64,000 nt of DNA. It comes from Mobula hypostoma (taxonomy: Eukaryota). This document shows, in pieces, positions 23,312-37,745 of this stretch. The notes beneath the pieces are model-generated. The model saw only the letters and a list, made by a program, of their open reading frames with translations. It was not told the origin of the DNA and did not search any database. The stretch spans positions 138,448,001-138,512,000 of the forward strand of contig NC_086097.1 of assembly GCF_963921235.1 (NCBI RefSeq), in the 5' to 3' direction. Position 1 is the first letter of the stretch, and each line of letters begins with the position of its first letter. The position numbers and the translations under genes are program-made.

Positions 23312-23488
23312 GATTAATGTGTGAGGTGTGCTTGGGTCTGGGCTGGAATTTAGAAAATTGGAGGGGTTGGGGTCGGAATCTCATTGAAACTACCTAATGT
23401 TGACTATATAAATAGAGTGGATGTAGAGAGGGTGTTTCAGTAGTGGGAGAGTCTAGGAACAGAAGGCACAGCCTCAGACTAGAAGGAC

Positions 23489-24610
23489 CATAAGACATTA
23501 GGAGCAGAATTAGGCCATTTGGCCTACTGAGCCTGCTTCACCATTCCATCATGGCTGACTTATTATCCCTCTCAACCCCATTCTCCTGCCTTTTCTCTGT
23601 AACTTCTGACGCTCTGACTAATCAAGAGTCTGTCAATCTCCGCTTTAAATTTACTCAGTTACTTGGTTACCACAGCTGTTGTGGCAATGAATTCCATAGA
23701 TGCACCCTCTCTGGCTAAAGAAATTCCTCATCTTTGTTCCAAAGGGATACCCTTCTATTCTGAGGCTGTGCCTTCTGGTTTTAGACTCACCCACTATTGG
23801 AAACATCTACTATATGTAGACCTTCCAATATTCCATAGGTTTCAATGAGATCCCCCTCATTTTCTGAAGTCCTGTGAGTATAGGCCCAGAGCCATCAAAC
23901 ATTCCTCATAAGTTAACCCAATCATTCTCATGAACCTCGTCTGGATCCTCTCCAATTCCAGCACGTCTTTTCATAGATGAAGGGCCCAAAACTGCTCAGA
24001 ATGCTCTAGGTGTGGTCTGATATTCTGGTCCTCTCAAAATGAATGCTAACATCGTATATGCCTTCCCTACCACAGGCTCAATTTGCAGTTAACCTGTAGG
24101 GAATCCAACACAAGGACTCCCAAGTCCTTTTGCACCTCTTAATTTTGAAATTTCTCTCCATTTAGGAAGTAGTCTATGCCTTTATTCCTTTTACCGAAGT
24201 GCATAACCATACATCTTCCTACACTATATTCTATTTGCCACTTCTTTGCTCATTTGCCCAATCTGTCTAAGTCCTTCTGCAGACTCTCTACTTCCTCAAC
24301 ACTACTTGCCCCTCTACCTACCTTCATATCATCTGCAAACTTGACTACAAAGCCATCAATTCTGTCATCCGAATCATTGACATATAACATGAAAAGAAGC
24401 AGTCCCAATACCAACCCCTGCGGAATACCACTAGCTATTAGCAGCTAACCAGAAAACATCCCCTTTATTCCCACTCTGCCACTTGCCATTCACCCAAACT
24501 TCTATCCATGCTGGTATCTTTCCTGTAATACGCTGGGTTCTTATTTAGCAGCCTCATGCAGCATCTTGTCAAAGGCCTTCTGAAAATTCAAGCAAACAAC
24601 ATTCACTATC
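23489..24610 (-). mobile_element. CR1 LINE RT/3' fragment
   Basis: Homologous to 3290-4990; CATAAGACA tail. Confidence 0.8.
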
Positions 24611-25025
24611 CTGCACATGGACAGAGCAGCAAAGACACTTGAAGGCCGAGGGGGTGGAGTTCATGATTAACTCATTGTGGTGCACTGACAATCTGTCTCA
24701 GTCCCACTTGGCAACCTGGAACATGTAGTGATCAAGTGATGTCCATTTTATCTGCTGAGGGAGATCTCCGTTCTCATCCTGGTTTCTGTGTGCATTCCAC
24801 CCCGGCTGATGGAGGAGCTGCGCACCCTGATGCCTTCCCAATCATTGTGGGAAATTTCATCCAGGCCAGCTTATATAAGTCTCTTCCCAACTACGAACAA
24901 CATACAGTATTACCTGTAGAACCAGAGGAATTAATACACTTTACCACAGTTACACCACCATCAAGAACGCTTACTGTGTCATCTCACACCTGCACTTCAT
25001 CCAGTCTAATCACCTGGCTTTACTA

Positions 25026-25886
25026 TGTTACGTACCCCGTAACTGGGTTGCCAAACCAGCAGAAATGGATCACTCAGTTGGAGTCTGGAGTACTAGAACT
25101 AAGAAAGTTTTATTAAAGAAACAAGCAACACAGTAATCGAAAGGATAATAAATGCAACAGTTCAGCGATGATAAACACACATGTGCACAGAATTAAGATA
25201 ACAGCATCAATCAAGCTCTATCGTTGTCTAGGGGTAAATGACCAAATTTCAAAGTGACTCAAAGTTCAGTCCAGTTAGTAGTTCAGTTCGCAGTAATCGT
25301 TGCCATGGCGATGGACAACGTTGGGGAAGAGAGAGAGAGAACAGGAACAACTGATCATTCAGAACGGCTTCACTCACAGACCGGCGAGATTGCTCACAAG
25401 CAACTTTTGGGCGGGTCCTTGGTGATGTCACCTGAGGTCACCGACTGTGACCCCTCCTCCAGATGCAGTCGATCCTCTGCAGTGAACCCGGCACCCAGGC
25501 AAGGGCGGACACACACCGGGTTCCCGCTGATTGTACCTTTCCACCCTGGCCGTTGTCTGGTACCTCTCACCGACTCGTGAGAAGCGTACCGCTTCCAGGG
25601 TCTCGTTACCTCGGGTGGCGTGTGTCCTGCCTTAGCGAACCTGACCCTTTTTATCCCCCTGCTGGGGTATCGCCTGTCCATCACTTCAAACAGTTCAAGG
25701 TTCAAAGGGGGTAGCCGCTCCAGACAGCTCTCTCTCTCCCACGTCCCTTCATTACACATCTCCAGACGCTGCTCCATTGTTCCTTATCTCTCCTTCCCCT
25801 GAGGGCAGGTGGCAGACCACTTGCTGATGTCACTGATGCTAACACAGGCCAGCAAACCTCTTAATTTTATGTGTATTCTCGTCACA
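25026..25886 (-). mobile_element. Solo LTR (861 bp)
   Basis: TGTTACG...CGTCACA termini; 4-bp TSD ACTA (25022-25025 and 25887-25890); AATAAA on the minus strand near 25110. Confidence 0.85.
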
Positions 25887-26426
25887 ACTACTTCTGGTGT
25901 ACAGACTGAGACTGAGAACAGCAGTACCAATTGTGAAGACCACAAAAATATGGTAAAGGGAGATGGTGCTCTTGGAATGTCATTGAAAACCTGTGCTGAC
26001 TCACTAGCAGGAGTGTTCAAGGACATCTTCAATCTCTCAGTTTTGCAGTTGGAGGTTTCCACCTGCTTCAAAAGAGTGTCAAATTATACCAGTGCCCAAG
26101 AAGAGCCGAGTGAGCTGCCTCAATGACGGTCGCATAGTTGCACTCTACATCTACAGTGATGAAGTGAAGTTTGTCATGGTCAGAATCAACTCCCGCTTAA
26201 GCAAAGACTTGGACTAGTTGCAATTTGCCTACCACCATAATGGGTCTACAGTGGATGTAATCTCACTGACTCTCCATGACCTTGGACCATCTGGATAACA
26301 GCAATATCTATGTCGGGCTGCTGTTTATTGATTACAGCTCAGCATTCATAGACATAGAAAATAGGTGCAGGAGTAGGCCATTCGGCCCTTTGAGCCTGCA
26401 CCGCCATTTATTATGATCATGGCTGA

Positions 26427-29400
26427 TCATCCAACTCGGAACCCTGCACCAGCCTTCCCTCCATACCCTCTGATCCCCCTAGCCACAAGGGCCATATCTA
26501 ACTCCCTCTTAAATATAGCCAATGAACTGGCCTCAACTGTTTCCTGTGGCAGAGAATTCCACAGATTCACCACTCTCTGTGTGAAGAAGTTTTTCCTAAT
26601 CTCAGTCCTAAAAGGCTTCCCCTTTATCCTCAAACCATGACCCCTCGTTCTGGACTTCCCTAACATCGGGAACAATCTTCCTGCATCTAGCCTGTCCAAT
26701 CCCTTTAGGATTTTATACGTTTCAATCAGATGCCCCCTCAATCTTCTAAATTCCAACGAGTACAAGCCTAGTTCATCCAGTCTTTCTTCATATGAAAGTC
26801 CTGCCATCCCAGGAATCAATCTGGTGAACCTTCTTTGTACTCCCTCTATGGCAAGGATGTCTTCCCTCAGATTAGGGGACCAAAACTGCACACAATACTC
26901 CAGGTGTGGTCTCACCAAGGCCTTGTACAACTGCAGTAGTACCTCCCTGCTCCTGTACTCGAATCCTCTCGCTATAAATGCCAGCATACCATTCGCCTTT
27001 TTCACCGCCTGCTGTACCTGCATGCCCACTTTCAATGACTGGTGTATAATGACACCCAGGTCTCGTTGCACCTCCCCTTTTCCTAATCGGCCACCATTCA
27101 GATAATAATCTGTTTTCCTATTTTTGCCACCAAAGTGGATAACTTCACATTTATCCACATTAAATTGCATCTGCCATGAATTTGCCCACTTACCCAACCT
27201 ATCCAAGTCACCCTGCATCCTCTTAGTATCCTCCTCACAGCTAACACTGCCGCCGAGCTTCGTGTCATCTGCAAACTTGGCGATGCTGCATTTAATTCCC
27301 TCAATCAAGTCATTAATATATATTGTAAACAACTGGGGTCCCAGCACTGAGCCTTGCGGTACCCCACTAGTCACTGCCTGCCACTCTGAAAAGGTCCCGT
27401 TTATTCCCACTCTTTGCTTCCTGTCTGCTAACCAATTCTCTATCCACATCAATACCTTACCCCCAATACCGTGTGCTTTAAGTTTGCACACTAATCTCCT
27501 GTGTGGGACCTTGTCAATAGCCTTTTGAAAATCCAAATATACCACATCCACTGGTTCTCCCCTATCCACTCTACTAGTTACATCCTCAAAAAATTCTGTG
27601 AGATTCGTCAGACATGATTTTCCTTTCACAAATCCATGCTGACTTTGTCCGATGATTTCACCGCTTTCCAAATGTGCTGTTATCACATCTTTGATAACTG
27701 ACTCCAGCAGTTTCCCCACCACCGACGTTAGGCTAACCGGTCTATAATTCCCCGGTTTCTCTCTCCCTCCTTTTTTAAAAAGTGGGGTTACATTAGCCAC
27801 CCTCCAATCCTCAGGAACTAGTCCAGAATCTAACGAGTTTTGAAAAATTATCACTAATGCATCCACTATTTCTTGGGCTACTTCCTTAAGCACTCTGGGA
27901 TGCAGACCATCTGCCCCTGGGGATTTATCTGCCTTTAATCCCTTCAATTTACCTAACACCACTTCCCTACTAACATGTATTTCACTCAGTTCTTCCATCT
28001 CACTGTCCCCTACTATTTCCGGAAGATTATTTATGTCCTCCTTAGTGAAGACAGAACCAAAGTAGTTATTCAATTGGTCTGCCATGTCCTTGCTCCCCAT
28101 AATCAATTCACCTGTTTCTGTCTGTAGGGGACCTACATTTGTCTTTACCAGTCTTTTCCTTTTTACATATCTATAAAAGCTTTTACAGTCAGTTTTTATG
28201 TTCCCTGCCAGTTTTCTCTCATAATCTTTTTTCCCCTTCCTAATTAAGCCCTTTGTCCTCCTCTGCTGAACTCTGAATTTCTCCCAGTCCTCAGGTGAGC
28301 CACTTTTTCTGGCTAATTTGTATGCTTCTTCTTTGGAATTGATACTATCCCTAATTTCTCTTGTCAGCCACGGGTGCACTACCTTCCTTGATTTATTCTT
28401 TTGCCAAACTGGGATGAACAATTGTTGTAGTTCATCCATGCAATCTTTAAATGCTTGCCATTGCATATCCACCGTCAATCCTTTAAGTGTCATTTGCCAG
28501 TCTATCTTAGCTAATTCACGTCTCATACCTTCAAAGTTACCCCTCTTTAAGTTCAGAACCTTTGTTTCTGAATTAACTATGTCACTCTCCATCTTAATGA
28601 AGAATTCCACCATATTATGGTCACTCTTACCCAAGGGGCCTCTCACGACAAGATTGCTAATTAACCCTTCCTCATTGCTCAAAACCCGGCCTAGAATAGC
28701 CTGCTCTCTAGTTGGCTCCTCGACATGTTGGTTCAAAAAACCATCCCGCATACATTCCAAGAAATCCTCTTCCTCAGCACCTTTACCAATTTGGTTCACC
28801 CAATCTACGTGTAGATTGAAGTCATCCATTATAACTGCTGTTCCTTTATTGCACACATTTCTAATTTCCTGTTTAATACCATCCCCAACCTCACTACTAC
28901 TGTTAGGTGGCCTGTACACAACTCCCACCAGCGTTTTCTGCCCCTTAGTGTTATGCAGCTCTACCCATATCGATTCCACATCTTCCCGGCTTATGTCCTT
29001 CCTTTCTATTGCGTTAATCTCTTCTTTAACCAGCAACGCCACCCCACCTCCCCTTCCTTCATGTCTATCCCTCCTGAATATTGAATATCCCTGAACGTTG
29101 AGCTCCCATCCTTGGTCACCCTGGAGCCATGTCTCTGTGATCCCAACTATATCATAATCATTAATAACAATCTGCACTTTCAATTCATCCACCTTGTTAC
29201 GAATGCTCCTGGCATTGACACACAAAGCCTTCAGGCGCTCTTTTACAACTCTCTTAGCCCTTATACAATTATGTTGAAAAGTGGCCCTTTTTGGTGCTTG
29301 CCCTGGACTTGTTGGCCTGCCACTTTTACTTTTCTCCTTACTACTTTTTGCTTCTACCCTCACTTTACACTCCTCTGTCTCTCTGCACTGGTTCCCATCC

Positions 29401-29459
29401 CCCTGTTGTGAACTAACCTCCTCTCGCCTAGCCTCTTTAATTTGATTCCCACCCCCCAA
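26427..29459 (-). CDS. CR1 ORF2 (APE endonuclease + reverse transcriptase), uninterrupted 1010-aa frame
   Basis: NARSIRNK, GITETW, SDH, NYRPVSLTS, SGVPQGSVLGP, KFADDTKL and HLEYCVQFW. The true start codon is uncertain. Confidence 0.93.
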   Translation of the reverse strand: MGGGNQIKEARREEVSSQQGDGNQCRETEECKVRVEAKSSKEKSKSGRPTSPGQAPKRATFQHNCIRAKRVVKERLKALCVNARSIRNKVDELKVQIVINDYDIVGITETWLQGDQGWELNVQGYSIFRRDRHEGRGGGVALLVKEEINAIERKDISREDVESIWVELHNTKGQKTLVGVVYRPPNSSSEVGDGIKQEIRNVCNKGTAVIMDDFNLHVDWVNQIGKGAEEEDFLECMRDGFLNQHVEEPTREQAILGRVLSNEEGLISNLVVRGPLGKSDHNMVEFFIKMESDIVNSETKVLNLKRGNFEGMRRELAKIDWQMTLKGLTVDMQWQAFKDCMDELQQLFIPVWQKNKSRKVVHPWLTREIRDSINSKEEAYKLARKSGSPEDWEKFRVQQRRTKGLIRKGKKDYERKLAGNIKTDCKSFYRYVKRKRLVKTNVGPLQTETGELIMGSKDMADQLNNYFGSVFTKEDINNLPEIVGDSEMEELSEIHVSREVVLGKLKGLKADKSPGADGLHPRVLKEVAQEIVDALVIIFQNSLDSGLVPEDWRVANVTPLFKKGGREKPGNYRPVSLTSVVGKLLESVIKDVITAHLESGEIIGQSQHGFVKGKSCLTNLTEFFEDVTSRVDRGEPVDVVYLDFQKAIDKVPHRRLVCKLKAHGIGGKVLMWIENWLADRKQRVGINGTFSEWQAVTSGVPQGSVLGPQLFTIYINDLIEGIKCSIAKFADDTKLGGSVSCEEDTKRMQGDLDRLGKWANSWQMQFNVDKCEVIHFGGKNRKTDYYLNGGRLGKGEVQRDLGVIIHQSLKVGMQVQQAVKKANGMLAFIARGFEYRSREVLLQLYKALVRPHLEYCVQFWSPNLREDILAIEGVQRRFTRLIPGMAGLSYEERLDELGLYSLEFRRLRGHLIETYKILKGLDRLDAGRLFPMLGKSRTRGHGLRIKGKPFRTEIRKNFFTQRVVNLWNSLPQETVEASSLAIFKRELDMALVARGIRGYGGKAGAGFRVG

Positions 29460-29464
29460 CTATT

Positions 29465-30190
29465 CTAGTTTAAAGTCACCTCAGTAGCCCTTGCTAATCT
29501 CCCTGCCAGGATATTGGTCCCCCTAGGATTCAAGTGTAACCCGTCCTTTTTGTACAGGTCACGCCTGCGCCAAAAGAGGTCCCAATGATCCAAAAACTTG
29601 AATCCCTGCCTCCTGCTCCAATCCCTCAGCCACACATTTATCCTCCACCTCATCGCATTCCTACTCTCACTGTCGCGTGGCACAGGCAGTAATCCCGAGA
29701 TTACTACCTTTGCGGTCCTTTTTCTCAACTCCCTTCCTAGCTCCCTATATTCTCCTTTCAGGACCTCTTCCCTTTTCCTACCTATGTCATTGGTACCTAT
29801 ATGTACCACGATCTCTGGCTCCTCACCCTTCCACTTCAGGATATCTTGGACATGATCAGAGATACCCTGGACCCTGGCACCACGGAGGCAAACTACCATC
29901 TGGGTCTCTGGACTGTGTCCACAGAATCGCCTATCTGACCCCCTTACTATTGAGTCCCCTATCACAACTGCCCTCCTCTTCCTTTTACCCTTCTGAGCTA
30001 CAGGGCCGGACTCTGTGCCGGAGGCACGGCCACTGTCGCTTCCCCCGGGTAAGCTGTCCCCCCCAACAGTACTCAAACAGGAGTACCTATTGTTAAGGGG
30101 CACAGCCACCGGGGTACTCTCTATTACCTGACTCTTCCCCTTCCCCCTCCTAACCGTGACCCACTTGTCTGCCTCCCGTGGCCCCTTGGC
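29465..30190 (-). CDS. CR1 ORF1 C-terminal SGNH/GDSL esterase domain (5'-truncated)
   Basis: VVIGDSIVRG, HIGTNDIG and DGLHLN blocks. Confidence 0.88.
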   Translation of the reverse strand, partial: AKGPREADKWVTVRRGKGKSQVIESTPVAVPLNNRYSCLSTVGGDSLPGGSDSGRASGTESGPVAQKGKRKRRAVVIGDSIVRGSDRRFCGHSPETQMVVCLRGARVQGISDHVQDILKWKGEEPEIVVHIGTNDIGRKREEVLKGEYRELGRELRKRTAKVVISGLLPVPRDSESRNAMRWRINVWLRDWSRRQGFKFLDHWDLFWRRRDLYKKDGLHLNPRGTNILAGRLARATEVTLN

Positions 30191-30943
30191 ACTGCCATCG
30201 TACCCTCTAATCATCAAGCTTCAAAACCTGGGCCTCTGTACCTCCCTGCGCAACTGAATCATTGACGACTTCATCAATAACATCTCCTCTTCGCTGATAA
30301 TCATCACTGGCACACCTCAAGGATGCATGCTTAGCCCACTGCTCTATTCTCTCTACACCCATGACAGTGTGGCTAGGCACAGCTCAAACACCATCTATAA
30401 ACTTACTGATGGTACAATTGTTGTTGGCAGAATCTCAGATGTTGACTAGAAGACATACAGGAGTGATAACGATCAGCTGTTTGAGAGGTGTCAGAACAAC
30501 AACCTTGCACTCAATGTCAATTGATTGTGGGCTTCAGGAAGTAGAAGTCGAACAAACACACAGCAGTCCTCATTGAGGGACCAGATGTGGAAAAAGTGAG
30601 CGGTTCCTAGCTGTTAACATCTCTGAAGATCTATCCTGGGCCAAGCATATTGATGCAATTACAAAGAAGGCATGACAGCAGCTATATTTCTTTAGGGGTT
30701 TGGGGAGATTTGGTATGTTACCAAAGACTCTAGCAAATTTCTCAGATGAACCGTGGAGAGCATTCTAACTGGCTGCTTTACTGCCTGGTACGGAGGGGCC
30801 ACTGCGCAGGATCAGAAAAAACTGCGGAGTGTTGCACACTCAGCCAGCTCCATCATGGACACTATCCTTCCCAACATCAAGATCAAGCCTAAAGAGGCGG
30901 CATCCATCATTAAGGACCTCCAACACCCAGGACATCCCTCTTA

Positions 30944-32407
<1,464 letters not shown>

Positions 32408-32585
32408 TTTCATTGCTATAATCAGGGAGGAGGTACTGGAGCCTAAATACACACACTCACCGTTTTATGAACATTTTCTTCCCCACTGCTATCGGATTTC
32501 TGAACAGTCAATGAACTGACCCATGAACACTACCTCACTAATATTTTGCTCTCTTTTTGCTCTACTTATTTTAATTTATCTATAG

Positions 32586-35500
32586 TGTGGTGGCTCGCCC
32601 ACGCGGCAAGTGAACCGGCTCCAGTAGTCGCGGGCGAGTCCACAGCCAGCAGCAACCGAGAGGGCTCTGAGTGTGGGGCAGACCTCGGCCCGGAAGCCGA
32701 CATCACTTCCGCCCCGCAAAGAGCAGGGGATGCTGGGAGCGGGCACTTAAGCGGGCAGGGATTTAAACAGTAAACAGTTCAACCAGACCTTGCTTGACTC
32801 AGTGTGTTGCTTTCACTCATTGCATATCAGCGCAACTACATTGGTGACCCCGATGGTCCAACGGCATTTGGACCCAGCATGAACAATTCGGCTCTGCAGA
32901 ATGCAGTTTCCCTTAAACTGCCAACCTTCTGGACCACTCAACCCCTGGTCTGGTTCGAGCAAGCAGAGACCCAGTTCCAGGTCAGGCAAATTGTCTCAGA
33001 CATCACCAGGTATTACTACGTGGTGACCGCCCTCGACCAGGAGACAGCGGGCCGCGTTATTGACTTTCTGTATCAGCCTCCAGCAACAGACAGGTACGAG
33101 GCACTCAAGGCCCTGTTAATCCGCACATTTGGCCGCGAACGGGCCACGCGGTTACTGCATATGGGCGGCCTGGGTGACTGTGCGCCATCGGTCCTGATGA
33201 GTGACATGCTAGCACTGGCAGACGGCCATAAGCCTTGCCTGCTTTTTGAACAGATCTTCTTGGAGCAAATGCCAGAAGACATCTGCCTCCTGCTAGCAGA
33301 TGAAGACTTCAGAGACCTGTGCAGGGTGGCTGCCCGAGGGGATGTGCTTTGGCGCGCCAAACAAAATGGCAGAACCACCATCGAAATTAGTGCTGTGGCA
33401 CAGCCGAAAGCCCAGCCCTCCCGCATCCCAGCAGCAGAGCACATAACATCCACACCAAAGGACAGCACCACTTCTGAGTCTTAGTGTATTTATCATCAAA
33501 CCCGCCGCTGCCGACTGCCATGCTCGTTCCAGGTAAACGCCAGGACCAGCCGTCGCTGATGGCTATGGTGGCTGGTCACCGTGATAGCCTCCTCTACGTT
33601 TGGGACAAGCACTCCGGGTGTAGATTCCTGGTGGACATGGGGGGCGGAAGTCAGTGTCCTACCCCGCTCGAGCCACAATACCGGAACTAGAAGAACAGGA
33701 CCGGAACTTACGGCAGCCAACAGCAGCACCATCCGCACCTACGGCACAAGAACCATCCCCTTGCAGTTCGGTTCCAGCTGCTTTACATGGACATTTACGC
33801 TGGCCGCAGTATCACAGCCATTGCTAGGTGCAGACTTCCTCTTCGCGCACTGCCTGCTCGTGGATTTGAAGGGACGATGATTGGTCGATGCGAGGACATT
33901 TCAGACTTTCTCCCTCGGTGAGGCCAGGTTACCGGCCCCGCATCTGGACTCCGTCACTTATTCCGACAACGAGTTCGCCAGAGTGTTATCGGAGTTCCCA
34001 TCTATCATCACACTGCAGTTTTCCTCAGCAGACCCCAAGCACGGCGTGATGCACCACATCCCCACACAGGGACCTCCCCTTCATGCCCAGGCCCGCAGGC
34101 TACCACCCGACAAGCTCCGCCTCGCGAAAGAGGAATTCAAGAAGATGGAGGAGATGGGGATTGTGCGGTGTTCTGACAGCCCTTGGGCCTCTCCACTCCA
34201 TATGGTGCCCAAGTCCGCGGAAGGGTGGAGACCGTGCGGCGACTATAGGAGGCTGAACGACGCCACTATGTCCGATCGCTATCTGGTACCACACATCCAG
34301 GACTTTATGGCCAACCTGCACGGGGTGCGCAACTTTTTGAAGATTGTCCTGGTTCGAGGGTATCATCAGATCCCAGCCCATCCGGACGATGTACCCAAGA
34401 CGGCCCTCATTACCCCCTTTGGCCTGTTCGAGTTCCTCAGGATGCCGTTCGGGCTCAAAAACACGGCGCAGACGTTCCAGCGCCTGATGGATGCAGTAGG
34501 GCGAGATCTGGACTTCCTGTTCATCTACCTGGATGACATACTTATCGCCAGCCGCTCCCGCCAGGAACATCTAGCACATCTACGCCTGCTCTGCCGCCGC
34601 CTATGTGGCTACGGCCTAGCTATCAGCCCCGCCAAGTGCCAGTTTGGCCTACCCGCCACTGACTTCTTGGGACACCGGATTGACCGCCATGGAGCTGTGC
34701 CTCTGCCAGCAAAAGTTGAAGCCGTCCGCCAATTTGCCAGTCTGTTAAAGGCCTGCAGGAATTTGTTGGGATGGTTAACTTTTATCACCGTTTCCTGCCC
34801 TCAGCGGCCCGGATCATGCGGTCCCTTTCCGGCTTGATATCTGGCAAGGTCAAAGAGGTCACCTGGACAGAGGAGGCGATGGTGGCTTTTGAACAAACCA
34901 AGAACATACTAGCAAACGCCACGCTCCTGGTCCACCCCCGGGTCAACGTCCCCACTGCCCTCACTGTGGATGCCTCCGACGAAGCAGTTGGTGGCATGCT
35001 TGGGGAGCTCATCGAAGGCCAGTGGAAGCCGCTCGCTTTTTTCAGCTGGCACCTACGACCCCAGGAACTTAAGTACAGCGCTTTCAACAGGGAGCTGCTG
35101 GCCCTGTACCTTGCCATCTGGCACTTCAGGTATTTCCTGGAGGCAAGGGGGTTTACGGTCTTCACAGACCACAAGCCCCTCACTTTCGCGTTTGCCAAAG
35201 TGTCAGACCTGTGGTCGGGCCGCCAGCGACGCCACCTGTTGTACATCTCAGAGTTTACCACCACGATCAAGCACATCTTCGGGAAGAACAAAGTGGTGGC
35301 CGACGCGCTGTCACACACCTCTGTCCAATCAGTGCACTCTCTGTCTCCGGGGGTGGATTATGCGGCGTTAGCTAAGGCACAATGACTGGACGGTGAGATG
35401 CTGGCGTACCAAACCGCAGTCTCAGGACTCTGCCTCGAAGACATACCCATTGGGCCTGAAGGTAATGAGCCCTTTTGTGATGTGTCCACCGGGCAACCTC

Positions 35501-36758
35501 GGCCCAATGTCCTGACCGCTTGGAGGTGCAGCGTTTTCGACGCCTTGCATGGTTTAGCCCACCCTTCCATCCGGGCGACCACCTGGCTGATTGCAGACAG
35601 GTTTGTGTGGCACGGCCTGCGCAAGCAGGTTGGGCACTGGGCCAGGACATGCACGCACTGTCAAACCTCCAAAATCCAGAGGCATGTGAGGGCCCCACTG
35701 CAACCCTTCCAGCCGACACATAGAAGGTTTGAACATGTCCATGTGGACATCGTCGGCCCACTGCTGGTTTCGAGAGGAGCGAGATACATGTTCACCATGG
35801 TGGACTGGTTCACGAGGTGGCCGGAATATATCTCACTCGCTGACATGGCCACGGAGATGTGCGCCAGAGCCCGGATTACCACCTGGGTGGCAGTCCAACG
35901 GCCTGGTGGAACGTTTCCACAGGCACTTGAAGTCAGCCCTGATGGCACGCCTCTGAGGGCCAGACTGGGTGGATGAACTCCCCTGGGTGCTGCTTGGTAT
36001 CCACACGGCACCCAAGGAGGACCTGGCCGCATCATCGGCCGAACTGGTTTACGGTGCCCCGCTCACAGTTCCCGGTGAGTTTGTGCCAGCACCCCATGGC
36101 CAGGAGGACACACCTACGGCAGTCCTAACTAAACTCCAGGAGCGGCTTGGAACACTTGCCCCAGTCCCGACGTCCCATCACGGAACAACACCCTCTTTCG
36201 TGCCCAAGGACCTATAACAGAGCAAGAATGTTTTCGTTCGCCGAGGCGTGCACAGACCACCCCTGCAGCAACCATACGAAGGGCCCTACAAGGTGGTGCG
36301 CTATAATGGGACGACCTGAGTTCTCGACATCGGCAGTCGTGAAGAGACTTATACCGTTGACCATCTCAAACTGTCGCATCTAGACCTTGAACACCCGGTT
36401 GTGGTGCTACCCCCATGACGACGAGGCCGACCACCTAAAAGAACTGACAGTGTGCAGGCTGTGGACTCTGCACCTCCTAGCGCCGGTTCTGGGGGTTGGG
36501 TCATGTGGCGGCTCGCCCATGCGGCAACTGAACTGGCTCCACTAGTCGTGGGCGAGTCCACAGCCAGTGGCAACCGAGAGGGCTCTGAGTGCGGGGCAGA
36601 CCTCAGCCCAGAAGCTGATGTCACTTCCGCCCCACAAAGAGCGGGGGATGCTGAGAGCGGGCACTTAAGTGCACGCAGATTTAAACAGTAAACAGTTCAA
36701 CCAGACACTGCTCGGCTCTGTGTGTTGCTTTCACTCGTTGCGTATCAGCGCGACTACA
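32586..36758 (+). mobile_element. Ty3/Gypsy LTR retrotransposon (CsRn1/Kabuki-like), near-complete but frameshifted
   Basis: 255-bp LTRs at 32586-32840 and 36504-36758 (TG...CA); TSD ATAG; PBS TGGTGACCCCGA (32842-32853, complementary to tRNA-Trp). Gag VSLKLPTFW, protease LLGADFL, RT YLDD, RNase H TDHKPL/ADALS, integrase HHCC zinc finger and VHVDIVGP. Confidence 0.95.
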
Positions 36759-37009
36759 ATAGTCTTATTATAATTTTTAATGTATTGCATTGTACTGCTG
36801 CCGCAAAACAACAAATTTCATAGCACATGGCAGTGATATTAAATCTGGTTCTGAATCTGCTAAAAGCCGCCTTCACCGTTCTATCTTCCCATAGTGCAGC
36901 ATTTGCTCTTATTTGAATTAAACTCCATTTGCCATTCCTGGGCCCACTTACCCAGCTGATCAAGATCCAATTTACTGTCTACGATGCCACATATTTTAAT
37001 GTCTCTCTT

Positions 37010-37745
37010 TCAATATTATTATTAGTTTCTACATAAAAGAATACAGAGTACAAGAAAGTATATATAAAAGTTGGAAAAAAAACAACTACCAATTACATTA
37101 TATCTATTCATGATAACAATATCATTCATGTAGGTTAGTCAAAGTTATATTGAAATATACTAAATTATTACCATTTTATTACAAAAGAAATCTAACCCCT
37201 ACCAAGACCAAAGCTGTTTATTAAGGAGAATAAAAGGTAAAATACCTTCTCGTATAATAAAAATTAATAATAACCAACATCTAAATTTAAACAATGAATT
37301 AAGGTTTTTGAAAGTTTTGAAAATAATTCAGAAAGGGTCCCCACAATGTCTTGACGAGATTCAGAAATCGAACAATGAATCTTCTCTAAATCTAAGCCTG
37401 ACATAACATCACATAACCATTGAGCATGAGTAGGAGGAGAAATATCTTTCCATTTAAACAAAAGCGCCCTCCTAGCTATAAGAGAACTAAAGGCCAAAAT
37501 ATGTAAATCTGATGTCTTCAACTTGATATCTTGTCCAACAACAGTACCAAATAGGGCCGTCAGAGGATTAGGCTTAAAATTGACTTTGAAAAGTAAAGAG
37601 AAAGTTTGAAAAACTTCCTTCCAATATTTTTCAAGACATGGACAAGTTCAAAACATATCAATTAATGAAGCTTCTCCATTATTACATATGTCACAGTAGG
37701 GAGATATATCGGAATAAAAATGAGATAGCTTATCTTTAGATTTTA
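37010..37745 (-). mobile_element. L1 ORF2 3' fragment
   Basis: Zinc-knuckle remnant PYCDICNNGEASL and LIARRALLFKWKDISPPTHAQW...LEKI. Confidence 0.75.

Larger units (their letters stand above)
26347..30190 (-). mobile_element. Young CR1 LINE, 5'-truncated in ORF1
   Basis: Esterase ORF1, open ORF2 and 3' UTR ending TTTCTATGTCTATG. Confidence 0.95.

Noticed and set aside
28318..29094. 258-aa + strand ORF
   Set aside because: Antisense shadow of CR1 ORF2 with no independent motifs.
30191..30217. ATG start of CR1 ORF1 (MMIRGYDGSA)
   Set aside because: These codons are the antisense of the host Rex1-like LINE; the CR1 is 5'-truncated at about 30190.
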